From Clostridia bacterium (GTDB lineage Bacteria > Bacillota > Clostridia > Christensenellales > Aristaeellaceae): a stretch of 23,628 bases of DNA. Every line of letters begins with the position of its first letter. Position 1 is the first letter of the stretch. Below the pieces are notes generated by a model. That model saw only the letters and a list, made by a program, of their open reading frames with translations. It was not told where the DNA came from and ran no database searches. Both the position numbers and the translations under genes were made by a program. Where the stretch lies: the NCBI GenBank assembly GCA_030526225.1, contig JAUNDF010000031.1:1-23628 (forward strand), given 5' to 3'. Positions 7,114 through 15,776 of this stretch are shown here, in pieces.

Positions 7114-7499
7114 TCCACTTCTTCACGGAAACGCTGTGCTATTTTGGCGATTCGCTTGGTGATGGCACTGGGGGATTTCAGCCCAAGGGTTGATGCAATA
7201 TCTCCCAGTGCTTTCCCTTCGGCCCGCATCTGAAGAATCATCATGTCTTCATCAGACAGTCCTTTTTTGAATTCTTCGATGCTCGTTTTACGGACAACAT
7301 CCTCGGCGGTATGTGATGCGTATGCATCTGAATCAAAGATTTTCGCATTGTTCTCGAGCATTTGCTCCAGAGAATATACTGCCTTGACCTTGGTGTCTGA
7401 ACGCACATGCGTCCAGCGTTTCATGAAGTCCTTCACGGCATAATTATCACTGCCGTTGTAGTCTTCCAACTGGCGATTGTTCCAAACAGCATCGATCAA
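7110..7499 (-). CDS. Sigma-70 region-4 / LuxR-type HTH protein (ICE/IME-type small sigma-like regulator)
   Basis: C-terminus LSDEDMMILQMRAEGKALGDIASTLGLKSPSAITKRIAKIAQRF is a region-4-type HTH. TAA stop at 7110-7112 overlaps the relaxase TAA. The start is uncertain: TTG 7499, or ATG 7424 with AAGGA upstream, or a fusion to the upstream ORF through the TAG at 7515-7517. Confidence 0.55.
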   Translation of the reverse strand: MIDAVWNNRQLEDYNGSDNYAVKDFMKRWTHVRSDTKVKAVYSLEQMLENNAKIFDSDAYASHTAEDVVRKTSIEEFKKGLSDEDMMILQMRAEGKALGDIASTLGLKSPSAITKRIAKIAQRFREEVD

Positions 7500-7514
7500 G
7501 GGCTGAAGATTTTC

Positions 7515-8036
7515 CTACCGGATAATCATGTCAGTCAGATTACCGACGAGATTGCCGAAGTGCTTGTAATCAAGCCAAGGAACACGAACGCCCGGCGGCA
7601 TCAGAAACAGCCGCTGAAAGCTGAAGCCCATGTCTGTTTCAAACTTTTCCCGGAAGAACATCTGCAAATAATAGCTCAACCGCCACAACGGAAAATCACC
7701 GGAGTAATAGCTCCAGTCCCCGGGAATGTCACGATAGGTGCCATCCTTCAGCGGAATCTGTATGAATTGCCAGATAGACCAGGCGTAACAATCCCAGACA
7801 AGCTCAAGAAATGCATCATCCTCAATCAGCTTGACACATTCCGATGATGACAATAACTCGTTGATGTTGCGGGGAAGGGCAGCGTATTCCGGACGCTTTC
7901 CTGCCAGCTCCGACGGCAAAGCATAGAACATGGGCAGCCAGGACAGGTTCGAAGATTTCGGGATTTCGATTATCGTATCGGGCAGCACAGCGATATAACC
8001 CATAGGGCCGGGGTTTGAATGAACAGCTTCGATCAT
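7515..8036 (-). CDS. Hypothetical protein (173 aa); ends at a TAG that is in frame with the downstream HTH ORF
   Basis: ATG at 8036-8034 is preceded by AAGGGAGAA. Translation MIEAVHSNPGPMGYIAVLPDT... No family recognised. The TAG at 7515-7517 is followed by 5 sense codons and then the 7499 ORF in the same frame. Confidence 0.45.
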   Translation of the reverse strand: MIEAVHSNPGPMGYIAVLPDTIIEIPKSSNLSWLPMFYALPSELAGKRPEYAALPRNINELLSSSECVKLIEDDAFLELVWDCYAWSIWQFIQIPLKDGTYRDIPGDWSYYSGDFPLWRLSYYLQMFFREKFETDMGFSFQRLFLMPPGVRVPWLDYKHFGNLVGNLTDMIIR

Positions 8037-8150
8037 GGCATTCTCCCTTATTAGCAAATTTCGATGAATCCATTATACCATATTGACGATTAGTCTACAA
8101 CAAGCCGGCGCGTAAACCTTGATGAATCAATTTAAAATTCAAAAACAGTG

Positions 8151-8179
8151 TTGCAATAAAACGAATATCGTGTTACTAT
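8151..8179 (+). promoter_or_regulatory. Sigma-A-type promoter for the Xre/recombinase operon
   Basis: TTGCAA (8151-8156), 17-nt spacer, TACTAT (8174-8179), about 28 nt upstream of the Xre ATG. Confidence 0.5.
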
Positions 8180-8206
8180 AAGAGCATGCCTAAGGAGGTT
8201 GTACTC

Positions 8207-8566
8207 ATGAAAATTGTATCGGAACGACTCAAGAGCCTGCGTCAAAGTATGGGCATTTCCCAAGCGAAACTGGCAGAAATGTTCGGATCACGGCAAGCCA
8301 ACATCAACCGCTATGAGCATGATGAAACGCAGCCGTCCATTGCTGTACTTTGCCAGTATGCGGATTTCTTTGATGTTTCCCTTGATTACATTTGCGGACG
8401 AACAGATGAACCGCAAGGAAAGCTGTACAAGGTAGAGCCTGCCTATTCTCCTGACAAGGAGCTCATGGCGAAGTTTATCGAAATGTGTTTTGAACCTGGC
8501 TCTTTGGCCAACAAGAAGCTGCGGGAAACCATGTTGAAAATTGCGATGGAGGAAACAGAAAAATGA
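8207..8566 (+). CDS. Xre-family helix-turn-helix transcriptional regulator
   Basis: ATG at 8207 follows AAGGAGG. LKSLRQSMGISQAKLAEMFGSRQANINRYEHDETQPSIAVLCQYADFFDVSLDYICGRTD is a typical HTH_3 domain. The TGA overlaps the recombinase ATG (ATGA). Confidence 0.8.
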   Translation: MKIVSERLKSLRQSMGISQAKLAEMFGSRQANINRYEHDETQPSIAVLCQYADFFDVSLDYICGRTDEPQGKLYKVEPAYSPDKELMAKFIEMCFEPGSLANKKLRETMLKIAMEETEK

Positions 8567-10083
8567 CAGGTGTCATCTATGCTCGCTACTCCTCTGACAA
8601 TCAGCGTGAGGAAAGCATTGAAGGGCAGTTGCGTGAGTGCATGGCATTTGCGGAAAGAAGCGGGATTACAATCATTGCCAACTACATCGACCGGGCTATG
8701 TCGGCCCGGACTGCTGACCGTCCTGATTTTCAGCGAATGATTAAGGACAGTGAAAAGAAGCTGTTTGATGTGGTCATCGTTTGGATATTAGACCGATTTT
8801 CCCGTGACCGTTATGACAGTGCCAATTACAAACACATTCTGAAAAAGAATGGTGTGAAGGTTATATCTACTACGGAAAATATCTCGGATGGCCCGGAAGG
8901 TGTCCTGTTGGAATCTATGTTGGAAGGTCTGTCCGAATACTACTCTGCTGAACTGTCTGTAAAAATTCATCGCGGGCAGATGGAGAATGCTTTGAAAGGC
9001 AAGAACAACGGCGGTAACATTCCATTGGGATATCGAACAGGCGAAGATGGTGTATTGGAAATCAATCCAGTGACGGTGCCTGTTGTGCAAGAAATCTTTC
9101 AGCGCTATGATGAAGGTGACAGCATGACAGACATTGTGGATTCGCTCAATGAACGAGGTATCCGCACAGCAAAAGGATTGCCCTTTCGCATCGGCAGTCT
9201 TGGTACAGTGCTGAAAAATCGCAAATACATCGGCGAGTATCGCTACGGAACGATTGTGATTCCGAATAAGCTGCCGGTCATCATTGATGAAGCGCAATTT
9301 AATCGGGTACAGCAGAAGCTGCAGACCAACAAGCGTGCTCCTGCTCGTGCAAAGGCAGAGGAAGAGTATTTGCTGACAACAAAGCTGTTTTGCGGCAAGT
9401 GTGACACCATGCTCGTCGGCGAAAGCGGCAGAAGCCGCAACGGAGATGTCCACCATTATTACAAGTGCGGAAATGCCAAGCGCGGAAAAGGCTGTAAATT
9501 GAAGACGCTGAAAAAACGCTGGATAGAGCAAGCTGTCGTAGCAGCCACCATTCAGCGTGTGATGAATGACGATGTGATTGACAGAATTGCCGATGCAATT
9601 GTCGCACTTCAGGAAAAAGAAAGCACGATGCTGCCTTCGTTGAATCAGCAGTTGAAAGAATGCGAAAAGTCAATTCGGAACATGCTGAATGCCATCGAGG
9701 CCGGCATTATCACACCTTCTACCAAAGAGCATTTGCAGGAGCTGGAAGCTCGCCGGGAAGAACTCAAAGTTGCGATTCTTCAGGAAAAGCTCCAGCGCCC
9801 AAAGCTTACCAAGGAACAAATTGTATTCTGGATCAGCCGCTACAAGCACGGAGATCCCAATGACCTGAACTATCAGCGGCAAATCATCGATACATTCATC
9901 AACAGAATCTATGTGTATGATGAAAAATTGGTGCTGACTTATAACTATAAAGAGAGAGCTGAATCAATTACCCTGGAAGATATTCAGCAGGCATTTGGTT
10001 CGGATTTGTCGAGTATTGCTCCACAAAACAGAAGCCCGAACCTTTTCCCACTGTGGAACAAGGTTCGGGTTTTCTTTGCCTAA
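8563..10083 (+). CDS. Large serine recombinase (resolvase/invertase N-terminal domain + recombinase domain + zinc ribbon)
   Basis: 506 aa. N-terminus VIYARYSSDNQREESIEGQ...RPDFQRM...VVIVWILDRFSRD (catalytic Ser motif). Cys cluster CGKCDTML...YYKCGNAKRGKGC. Coiled-coil C-terminal part. The last ~25-30 codons run through the repeat/hairpin at 10011-10080. TAA stop. Confidence 0.9.
   Translation: MTGVIYARYSSDNQREESIEGQLRECMAFAERSGITIIANYIDRAMSARTADRPDFQRMIKDSEKKLFDVVIVWILDRFSRDRYDSANYKHILKKNGVKVISTTENISDGPEGVLLESMLEGLSEYYSAELSVKIHRGQMENALKGKNNGGNIPLGYRTGEDGVLEINPVTVPVVQEIFQRYDEGDSMTDIVDSLNERGIRTAKGLPFRIGSLGTVLKNRKYIGEYRYGTIVIPNKLPVIIDEAQFNRVQQKLQTNKRAPARAKAEEEYLLTTKLFCGKCDTMLVGESGRSRNGDVHHYYKCGNAKRGKGCKLKTLKKRWIEQAVVAATIQRVMNDDVIDRIADAIVALQEKESTMLPSLNQQLKECEKSIRNMLNAIEAGIITPSTKEHLQELEARREELKVAILQEKLQRPKLTKEQIVFWISRYKHGDPNDLNYQRQIIDTFINRIYVYDEKLVLTYNYKERAESITLEDIQQAFGSDLSSIAPQNRSPNLFPLWNKVRVFFA
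10011..10080 (+). repeat. Right copy of the imperfect direct repeat (tRNA-3'-end-like sequence plus hairpin), inside the 3' end of the recombinase ORF
   Basis: CCCGAACCTT (10035-10044) pairs with AAGGTTCGGG (10060-10069). Inner TTCC/GGAA pairing, followed by TTTTCTTTG. Same architecture and flanks as 536-606. Confidence 0.55.
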
Positions 10084-10151
10084 AACAACAAGAAAATATC
10101 AATTCCCATTCATCGTCTGAGGCTGTGTAATCCTTCATATACAGAAACAAC

Positions 10152-10178
10152 AAAAAAGGGAAGGCCTCTGCCTTCCCT
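10152..10178 (-). terminator. Intrinsic terminator of the polyamine/aspartate kinase operon
   Basis: AGGGAAGGC (10157-10165) pairs with GCCTTCCCT (10170-10178), loop CTCT. A U-tract follows on the minus strand (A-run 10152-10157 on plus). Confidence 0.75.
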
Positions 10179-10212
10179 TAAATCATATCTTTTCAGCAAC
10201 AAACCCCATCCA

Positions 10213-11505
10213 TCACGCCGAAGCGCAATCGAAGAATTTCTTGTAAATCGCCCGGGTGCTGTCCTCGAAGCAGGCTTCTTCCACGCCGATGACAATGCTC
10301 ATGGGGCTGCCGCCCTGGTCGATAATCCGCACGTTTGTGCCGATGTCACCCACGGCGGAGAACAGCTTGCCGGAAATGCCCGGGCGGTTCATCATGCCAA
10401 AGCCGACCACGGCAATCATGGCGAAGCCGTCGGTGATTTCCAGCCTGTCCGGGTCAACGGCCTTGCGGATGTCCTGGGTCAGGGCATCACGACAGCTCTC
10501 CAGCGCGGCGGTGGGTACCACCAGCGAGAAGGCGGAAAGTCCGGTGGCCATATGCTCAAAGGCCACGCTGTACCGCTCAAGGCAGGAAAGGGTCTTGCGC
10601 ACATAGCCGACCATGGCGTTCATCTTTTCCTTTTCGATGGAGATGACGGAGAAGCCCTTGCGGCCCGCAACGCCGGTGACGGGATTGTCGTGGGTCACGT
10701 TTTCGGCGCGAATCCACGTGCCCTCTGCCTCGGGGCAGAAGGTGTTGCAGATGTGAATGGGGATGCCTGCATCCCATGCGGGGCGGACGGCATCCTCGTG
10801 GAGCACGGTAGCGCCCTGATAGGTCATCTCCTGCAGCTCTTCATAGGTGATGGTGGGGATGGTGACCGCCTGTGACACAATGCGGGGATCGGCGGTCAGG
10901 ATGCCGTTGACATCCGTCCAGTTTTCGTACACCTCGGCATGCATGGCAGCCGCAACCAGCGCGCCGGAAATGTCGCTGCCGCCGCGGCTGAAGGTGTGCA
11001 CCTGACCGTCGGGCATGGCACCGTAATAGCCGGGCAGCACGGCATGCTCCAGCTGGGACAGCTTGTCCCGCAGGGTGCGCTCTGTCTTCCGGCGGTCCAG
11101 ACGCCCCTGTTCATCGAAAAACACGCAGAACTCCGTATCCACAAAGGGCCAGCCCAGATAGGCGGCCATAATCCGTGCGGACAGGTATTCGCCGCAGGAG
11201 GCCATGTAATCCACATTGTGGCGCTGATGCTTCATCTCAGCATAGTCCTGGCTCAGGTCGATTTCGACGCCCAGTTCGCTGATAATCTCCGCAAAGCGGT
11301 CCTCAATGGGCTGAAAATCCTTTACATCACCGGTGTGATAGAACCGGATGAGATGGTCGGTGATTTTCGTGTCACCGGCATTGCGTTTTCCGGGGGCGGA
11401 AACCACCACGAAGCGCCGTTCCGGATTGGCGCGGATAATGTCCGCGGCGCGGCGGATGTTCTGTGCGTCCGCCAGGGAGGAGCCGCCGAATTTGCAGGCA
11501 ATCAT
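10213..11505 (-). CDS. Aspartate kinase
   Basis: MIACKFGGSSLADAQNIRRAADII...FVVVSAPGK... plus C-terminal ACT-like repeats. The second ATG (11505) has a GGAGGG RBS at good spacing. TGA stop. Confidence 0.85.
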   Translation of the reverse strand: MIACKFGGSSLADAQNIRRAADIIRANPERRFVVVSAPGKRNAGDTKITDHLIRFYHTGDVKDFQPIEDRFAEIISELGVEIDLSQDYAEMKHQRHNVDYMASCGEYLSARIMAAYLGWPFVDTEFCVFFDEQGRLDRRKTERTLRDKLSQLEHAVLPGYYGAMPDGQVHTFSRGGSDISGALVAAAMHAEVYENWTDVNGILTADPRIVSQAVTIPTITYEELQEMTYQGATVLHEDAVRPAWDAGIPIHICNTFCPEAEGTWIRAENVTHDNPVTGVAGRKGFSVISIEKEKMNAMVGYVRKTLSCLERYSVAFEHMATGLSAFSLVVPTAALESCRDALTQDIRKAVDPDRLEITDGFAMIAVVGFGMMNRPGISGKLFSAVGDIGTNVRIIDQGGSPMSIVIGVEEACFEDSTRAIYKKFFDCASA

Positions 11506-11553
11506 GCTTGTTCCCTCCATGCTGCGGTCCGGGGATGACCGGGCCTTATTAGT

Positions 11554-12759
11554 TTACCGCCGGCTGCCCAAGCGGCATTTGAAATCCTCATAGCCGAAGG
11601 TGCGCAGGGGCTGGATGCTGCCATCCTGTCTGCGGACAAGAATCGCAGGCAGTGGCATACCGTTGAAGGTGTTGTTTTTGCAGGTGGTGTAAATGGCCAT
11701 GTCACCAAAGAGCAGCAGCTCGCCCTCCTGCAGGGGATGGTCGAAGCTGTAGTCGCCGATGATATCGCCCGCCAGACAGGTGGGTCCGCCCAACCGGACA
11801 GTGCAGGCCTTCTCGTTTGCCTCTCCGGCATCATACAGGGGAGGACGATAGGGCATCTCAATCACATCGGGCATATGACAGGCGGCACTGGCATCAAGAA
11901 TGGCAAGGGATGTATCGCCGTTGCGGGAGGTATCCAGCACACGGGTGGCCAGATAACCGGCATTCAGGGCACAGGCTTCGCCGGGCTCCAGATACACCTG
12001 TACGCCCCATGTGTCGCGGGCATGGCAGATGCACTTCTCCAGCCGGGCCACATCGTAATCACTGCGGGTGATGTGATGGCCGCCGCCCATGTTCAGCCAC
12101 GTCATGCGGGGGAGAACATCGCCGAATTTGGCCTCTACTGCCTGCAGGGTTGTTTCCAGCGCATCGCTGTCCTGCTCGCAGAGGGTGTGGAAGTGGAGAC
12201 CGTCCAGCAGGGCGATGGTGTCCTCGTCCATGGCTGCATCCCACTGGGCGCGGGTGGTACCCAACCGGCTGCCGGGGGCGCAGGGGTCATAGATTTCATG
12301 GCCCTCCTGCGTGGAGCATTCCGGGTTGATGCGCAGACCGATGCTCTTGCCGGCTGCCTTGGCAGAAGGACCGAACTTCTTCAGCTGATTCGGGGAGTTG
12401 AACACAATGTGGTCAGCCCAGTCAAGCAGCTCGGCGAACTCATCCTCACGATAGGCGCCGCAGAAAACATGCACCTCGCCGTCAGGCATTTCCTCCCGGC
12501 CCAGCCGTGCCTCATACAGGCCGCTGGCTTCGGTGCCGGCCAGATAGGGCGCAAGCACCGGATAAAGGTCGTAGTTGGAGAAGGCCTTCTGGGCCAGCAG
12601 AATCTTTGCGCCGGTGCGCTGCATCACCCCGGCAAGCATCTCACCGTTGCGGCGCAGCATTGCTTCATCCAGAATATAGCAGGGCGTGGGCAGCGCACCG
12701 AAAAGCTCCTCCGGTGTGCTGCCGCCAAGGCCCATAAAGCAATCGCGTGTATCCATCAT
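11554..12759 (-). CDS. nspC: Carboxynorspermidine/carboxyspermidine decarboxylase
   Basis: 401 aa. TPCYILDEAMLRRN...ILLAQKAFS...GTEASGLYEARLGREE...GLRINPE...YDPCAPGSRLG matches the NspC/CANSDC family. The ATG overlaps the upstream stop by 1 nt (12759). Confidence 0.85.
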   Translation of the reverse strand: MMDTRDCFMGLGGSTPEELFGALPTPCYILDEAMLRRNGEMLAGVMQRTGAKILLAQKAFSNYDLYPVLAPYLAGTEASGLYEARLGREEMPDGEVHVFCGAYREDEFAELLDWADHIVFNSPNQLKKFGPSAKAAGKSIGLRINPECSTQEGHEIYDPCAPGSRLGTTRAQWDAAMDEDTIALLDGLHFHTLCEQDSDALETTLQAVEAKFGDVLPRMTWLNMGGGHHITRSDYDVARLEKCICHARDTWGVQVYLEPGEACALNAGYLATRVLDTSRNGDTSLAILDASAACHMPDVIEMPYRPPLYDAGEANEKACTVRLGGPTCLAGDIIGDYSFDHPLQEGELLLFGDMAIYTTCKNNTFNGMPLPAILVRRQDGSIQPLRTFGYEDFKCRLGSRR

Positions 12760-14018
12760 CAGTCCACCAGCACGGGAGCATGGTTCTCACTGCGGGGGAG
12801 ACCATACTTGTCCAGTGCATCCAGGAAAGGATCGGGATCGAACTCCTCCACGGTGTGCACGCCCTTTTCGGTCCACTTGCCGGTCAGCAGCATCAGTGCG
12901 CCGCACATGGCGGGTACGCCGGTGGTGTAGCTGATGGCCTGAGAGCCCACCTCGCGGTAGCATTCCTGATGGTCGCAGACGTTGTAGATGTAGTAGGTCT
13001 TGTCCTGACCGTCCTTCTTGCCGGTGAAGATGCAGCCGATGTTGGTCTTGCCGTGGGTACGGGGGCCAAGGCTGGCGGGATCGGGCAGCAGGGCCTTCAG
13101 GAACTTGATGGGCACAATCTCCTTGCCCTCAAACATGATGGGGGTGGTGGACAGCATGCCCACATCCTCCAGACAGCGCATGTGATCCAGATAGCTCTGA
13201 CCAAAGGTCATGAAGAAGCGGATGCGCTTTGCCTCGGGGATGTTCAGGGCGATGGACTCAATCTCCTCGTGATGCAGCAGGTACATGTCCTTCTGACCAA
13301 CCTGATCGAAATCATACTCGCGCTTGATGGACATGGCGGGGATTTCCACCCAATGGCCGTCCTCCCAGTAGCTGCCGGGAGCGCTGACCTCGCGGAGGTT
13401 GACCTCCGGGTTAAAGTTGGTGGCAAACTTGTAGCCATGGTCGCCGCCGTTGCAGTCCAGAATATCGATGGTGTCGATGGTGTCGAACTCATGCTTCTTG
13501 GCATAAGCGCAGTATGCCTGAGTAACGCCGGGGTCGAAGCCGCAGCCCAGCAGGGCGGTCAGGCCGGCATCCTCAAACTTCTGCCGGTATGCCCACTGCC
13601 AGCTGTAATCAAAGTAGGCAGAGAAGCCGGCTTCCTTGCAGCGCTTTTCATAAATGGCGCGCCACTCGGGATCGTCGGTATCCTCGGGCTCGTAGTTGGC
13701 GGTATCCATGTAGTTTACGCCGCAGGCCAGGCAGGCATCCATGATGGTCAGATCCTGATAGGGCAGGGCGATGTTCATCACCAGATCGGGCTTGTAGTCG
13801 TTGATGAGCGCAATCAGCTCCTCCACCTTGTCGGCATCCACCTGAGCGGTGGTGATTTTGGTGGCGGTGTTGGGGGCCAGCTTGGCGGCCAGGGCATCGC
13901 ACTTGGACTTGGTGCGGCTGGCAATGCACAGCTCGGTGAATACCTCGCTGACCTGACAGCACTTGGAAATAGCAACCGTGGCCACGCCGCCGCAGCCGAT
14001 AACCAATACTCTGCTCAT
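12759..14018 (-). CDS. Carboxynorspermidine synthase/dehydrogenase (saccharopine dehydrogenase family)
   Basis: 419 aa. N-terminal Rossmann motif VLVIGCGGVA. Full-length resemblance to CANSDH/CASDH proteins (...GCGFDPGVT...FATNFNPEVNLRE...). Adjacent to nspC. Confidence 0.8.
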   Translation of the reverse strand: MSRVLVIGCGGVATVAISKCCQVSEVFTELCIASRTKSKCDALAAKLAPNTATKITTAQVDADKVEELIALINDYKPDLVMNIALPYQDLTIMDACLACGVNYMDTANYEPEDTDDPEWRAIYEKRCKEAGFSAYFDYSWQWAYRQKFEDAGLTALLGCGFDPGVTQAYCAYAKKHEFDTIDTIDILDCNGGDHGYKFATNFNPEVNLREVSAPGSYWEDGHWVEIPAMSIKREYDFDQVGQKDMYLLHHEEIESIALNIPEAKRIRFFMTFGQSYLDHMRCLEDVGMLSTTPIMFEGKEIVPIKFLKALLPDPASLGPRTHGKTNIGCIFTGKKDGQDKTYYIYNVCDHQECYREVGSQAISYTTGVPAMCGALMLLTGKWTEKGVHTVEEFDPDPFLDALDKYGLPRSENHAPVLVD

Positions 14019-14051
14019 GATGATTTCCTCCTGTATCTATGATGTTGATTG

Positions 14052-14909
14052 TTACTTTGTCAGCAGGGCCAGCAGCAGCTCCCGCAGGACCTTGCAGGCA
14101 GTGGCGGTGGAAACGCCGGTGGTATCCAGCATGGGTGCCAGCTCGTTGACATCACAGCCGACGATATTGCACCGGGTCACCGTGCGGATGGCACCCAGCA
14201 GCTGCAGGAAGGTGATGCCGCCTGCTTCAGGGGTGCCCGTTCCGGGGAACGCGGACGGGTCAAGGCAGTCAAGGTCGATGGTGAAGTAAACCGGTGTACC
14301 GGCTGCCTTCAGCTGGGCAACGCACTCCTCCAGACCGTCAAGGGTCAGGGGATGCATATCCGTATGCTCTTTGGCAAAGCGGAATTCCTCCCGCTCACCG
14401 CTGCGGATGCAGAACTGGTGGATGCGGCCGTCGCCCACAAGGTCATGGCAGCGGCGCAGCACGCAGGCATGGCTCAGCTTTGCGCCAAGGTAATCATCCC
14501 GCAGGTCTGCATGGGCATCAAAGTGGATGATGTGCACATCCGGATGATGCCGCAGCACAGCCCGGAAGCTGCCCAGGGTCACCAGATGCTCGCCGCCGAT
14601 GAGCAGGGGCAGCTTGCCATCTTTCAGGATGGTTTCCGCGCGCTCTTCGATATCTGCCAGAGCCTGCTCCGCACTGCCGAAGCACAGCTCCAGATCGCCG
14701 CTGTCGAACACGCTGTAGTCGGTCAAGTCAGCATCCTGATAGGGGCTGTAGGTCTCCAAACCAAAGCTTTCATGCCGCATGGCGGCGGAGCCGAACCGGG
14801 CGCCGGGACGGAAGGAGGTGGTGGAGTCAAAGGGAGCGCCGAACAGCACGATGGATGCATCCTCGTAGGAGGCATCGCAGCCGATAAAGGTCTCAACATT
14901 CCGTTCCAT
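14052..14909 (-). CDS. speB: Agmatinase (ureohydrolase family)
   Basis: 285 aa. Mn-binding motifs GGEHLVT, HFDAHADL, IDLDCLDPSAFPGTGTPEAGG. The ATG overlaps the speE stop by 1 nt. Confidence 0.85.
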   Translation of the reverse strand: MERNVETFIGCDASYEDASIVLFGAPFDSTTSFRPGARFGSAAMRHESFGLETYSPYQDADLTDYSVFDSGDLELCFGSAEQALADIEERAETILKDGKLPLLIGGEHLVTLGSFRAVLRHHPDVHIIHFDAHADLRDDYLGAKLSHACVLRRCHDLVGDGRIHQFCIRSGEREEFRFAKEHTDMHPLTLDGLEECVAQLKAAGTPVYFTIDLDCLDPSAFPGTGTPEAGGITFLQLLGAIRTVTRCNIVGCDVNELAPMLDTTGVSTATACKVLRELLLALLTK

Positions 14910-15763
14910 TATTCTTCAACCTCCATGAGCATTTCCTCCAGGAAGGCCGGCAGGGCAAAGGCACCCTGATGCAGCCGGGGAGTGTAGTACCGGGTGCGCA
15001 GGTTCAGGCTGTACCAATCCTCGGCATTCAGGTCGTTGATGGGATGATACTTCTTGCTGGCAAAGCCGAAGAGCCAGTAGCCGGCAGCGTAGGTGGGAAT
15101 ATGGGCCTGATACACCTTGCTGATGGGGAAGGTGTTGACGATGCGCTTGTGGCTGCGCTGCATGGCCTCTGCATCCTCGGCATAGAAGGGGCTGCCCTGC
15201 TGATTCACCATGATGCCGTCATCCTTCAGGGCGTTGTAGCAGTTGCCATAGAATTCGCGGGTGAACAGACCCTCGGAAGGGCCGAAGGGGTCGGTGGAGT
15301 CCACGATAATCAGATCGTATTCTTCCTCACGGTTGCGGATAAAGCGCAGGGCGTTTTCAAAATGGATGTGCACCCGGCGGTCATCCATGCGGCAGGCGTT
15401 TCCGGGCAGGAATTCGCGGCAGGCCTCGATAACCACCGGATCCATTTCCACCAGATCGATGCGGCGGATGCGGTCATAGCGGGTCAGCTCCCGAACCACG
15501 CCGCCGTCACCGGCACCGATGACCAGCACATCCCGGATGCCGGGATGCACCGCCATGGGCACGTGGGTAATCATTTCGTCATAGATAAATTCGTCGCGCT
15601 CTGTCAGCATGACATTGCCGTCCAAAGCCAGCACCCGGCCGAATTCGGGGGTCTCGAAAATGTCAATCTGCTGGTAGCTGCTCTTTTTGGAAAACAGATG
15701 CCGCGTCACCCGCAGGGAGTGGCGCACATGCTTGGTATGATACTCGCTGAACCACATTTCCAT
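14909..15763 (-). CDS. speE: Spermidine synthase / polyamine aminopropyltransferase
   Basis: 284 aa. WFSE...QQIDIFET..FGRVLALDG..MLTERDEFIYDEM..VLVIGAGDGGVVRE..IIVDSTDPFGP. Confidence 0.9.
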   Translation of the reverse strand: MEMWFSEYHTKHVRHSLRVTRHLFSKKSSYQQIDIFETPEFGRVLALDGNVMLTERDEFIYDEMITHVPMAVHPGIRDVLVIGAGDGGVVRELTRYDRIRRIDLVEMDPVVIEACREFLPGNACRMDDRRVHIHFENALRFIRNREEEYDLIIVDSTDPFGPSEGLFTREFYGNCYNALKDDGIMVNQQGSPFYAEDAEAMQRSHKRIVNTFPISKVYQAHIPTYAAGYWLFGFASKKYHPINDLNAEDWYSLNLRTRYYTPRLHQGAFALPAFLEEMLMEVEE

Positions 15764-15776
15764 GGCATTTTCCTCC

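Larger units (their letters stand above)
547..10083. mobile_element. Integrative mobilizable element-like genomic island (serine recombinase + relaxase/oriT + defence/toxin cargo); boundaries approximate
   Basis: Visibly lower G+C than the flank from ~10150 onward. A large serine recombinase lies at the right edge, with a MobA/MobL relaxase and oriT motif. The left edge abuts a tRNA fragment. Homologous hairpin repeats lie at both edges. Confidence 0.6.

Noticed and set aside
8788-9531. 247-aa minus-strand ORF inside the recombinase gene
   Set aside because: It is antisense to a full-length, motif-rich serine recombinase. Shadow ORF.
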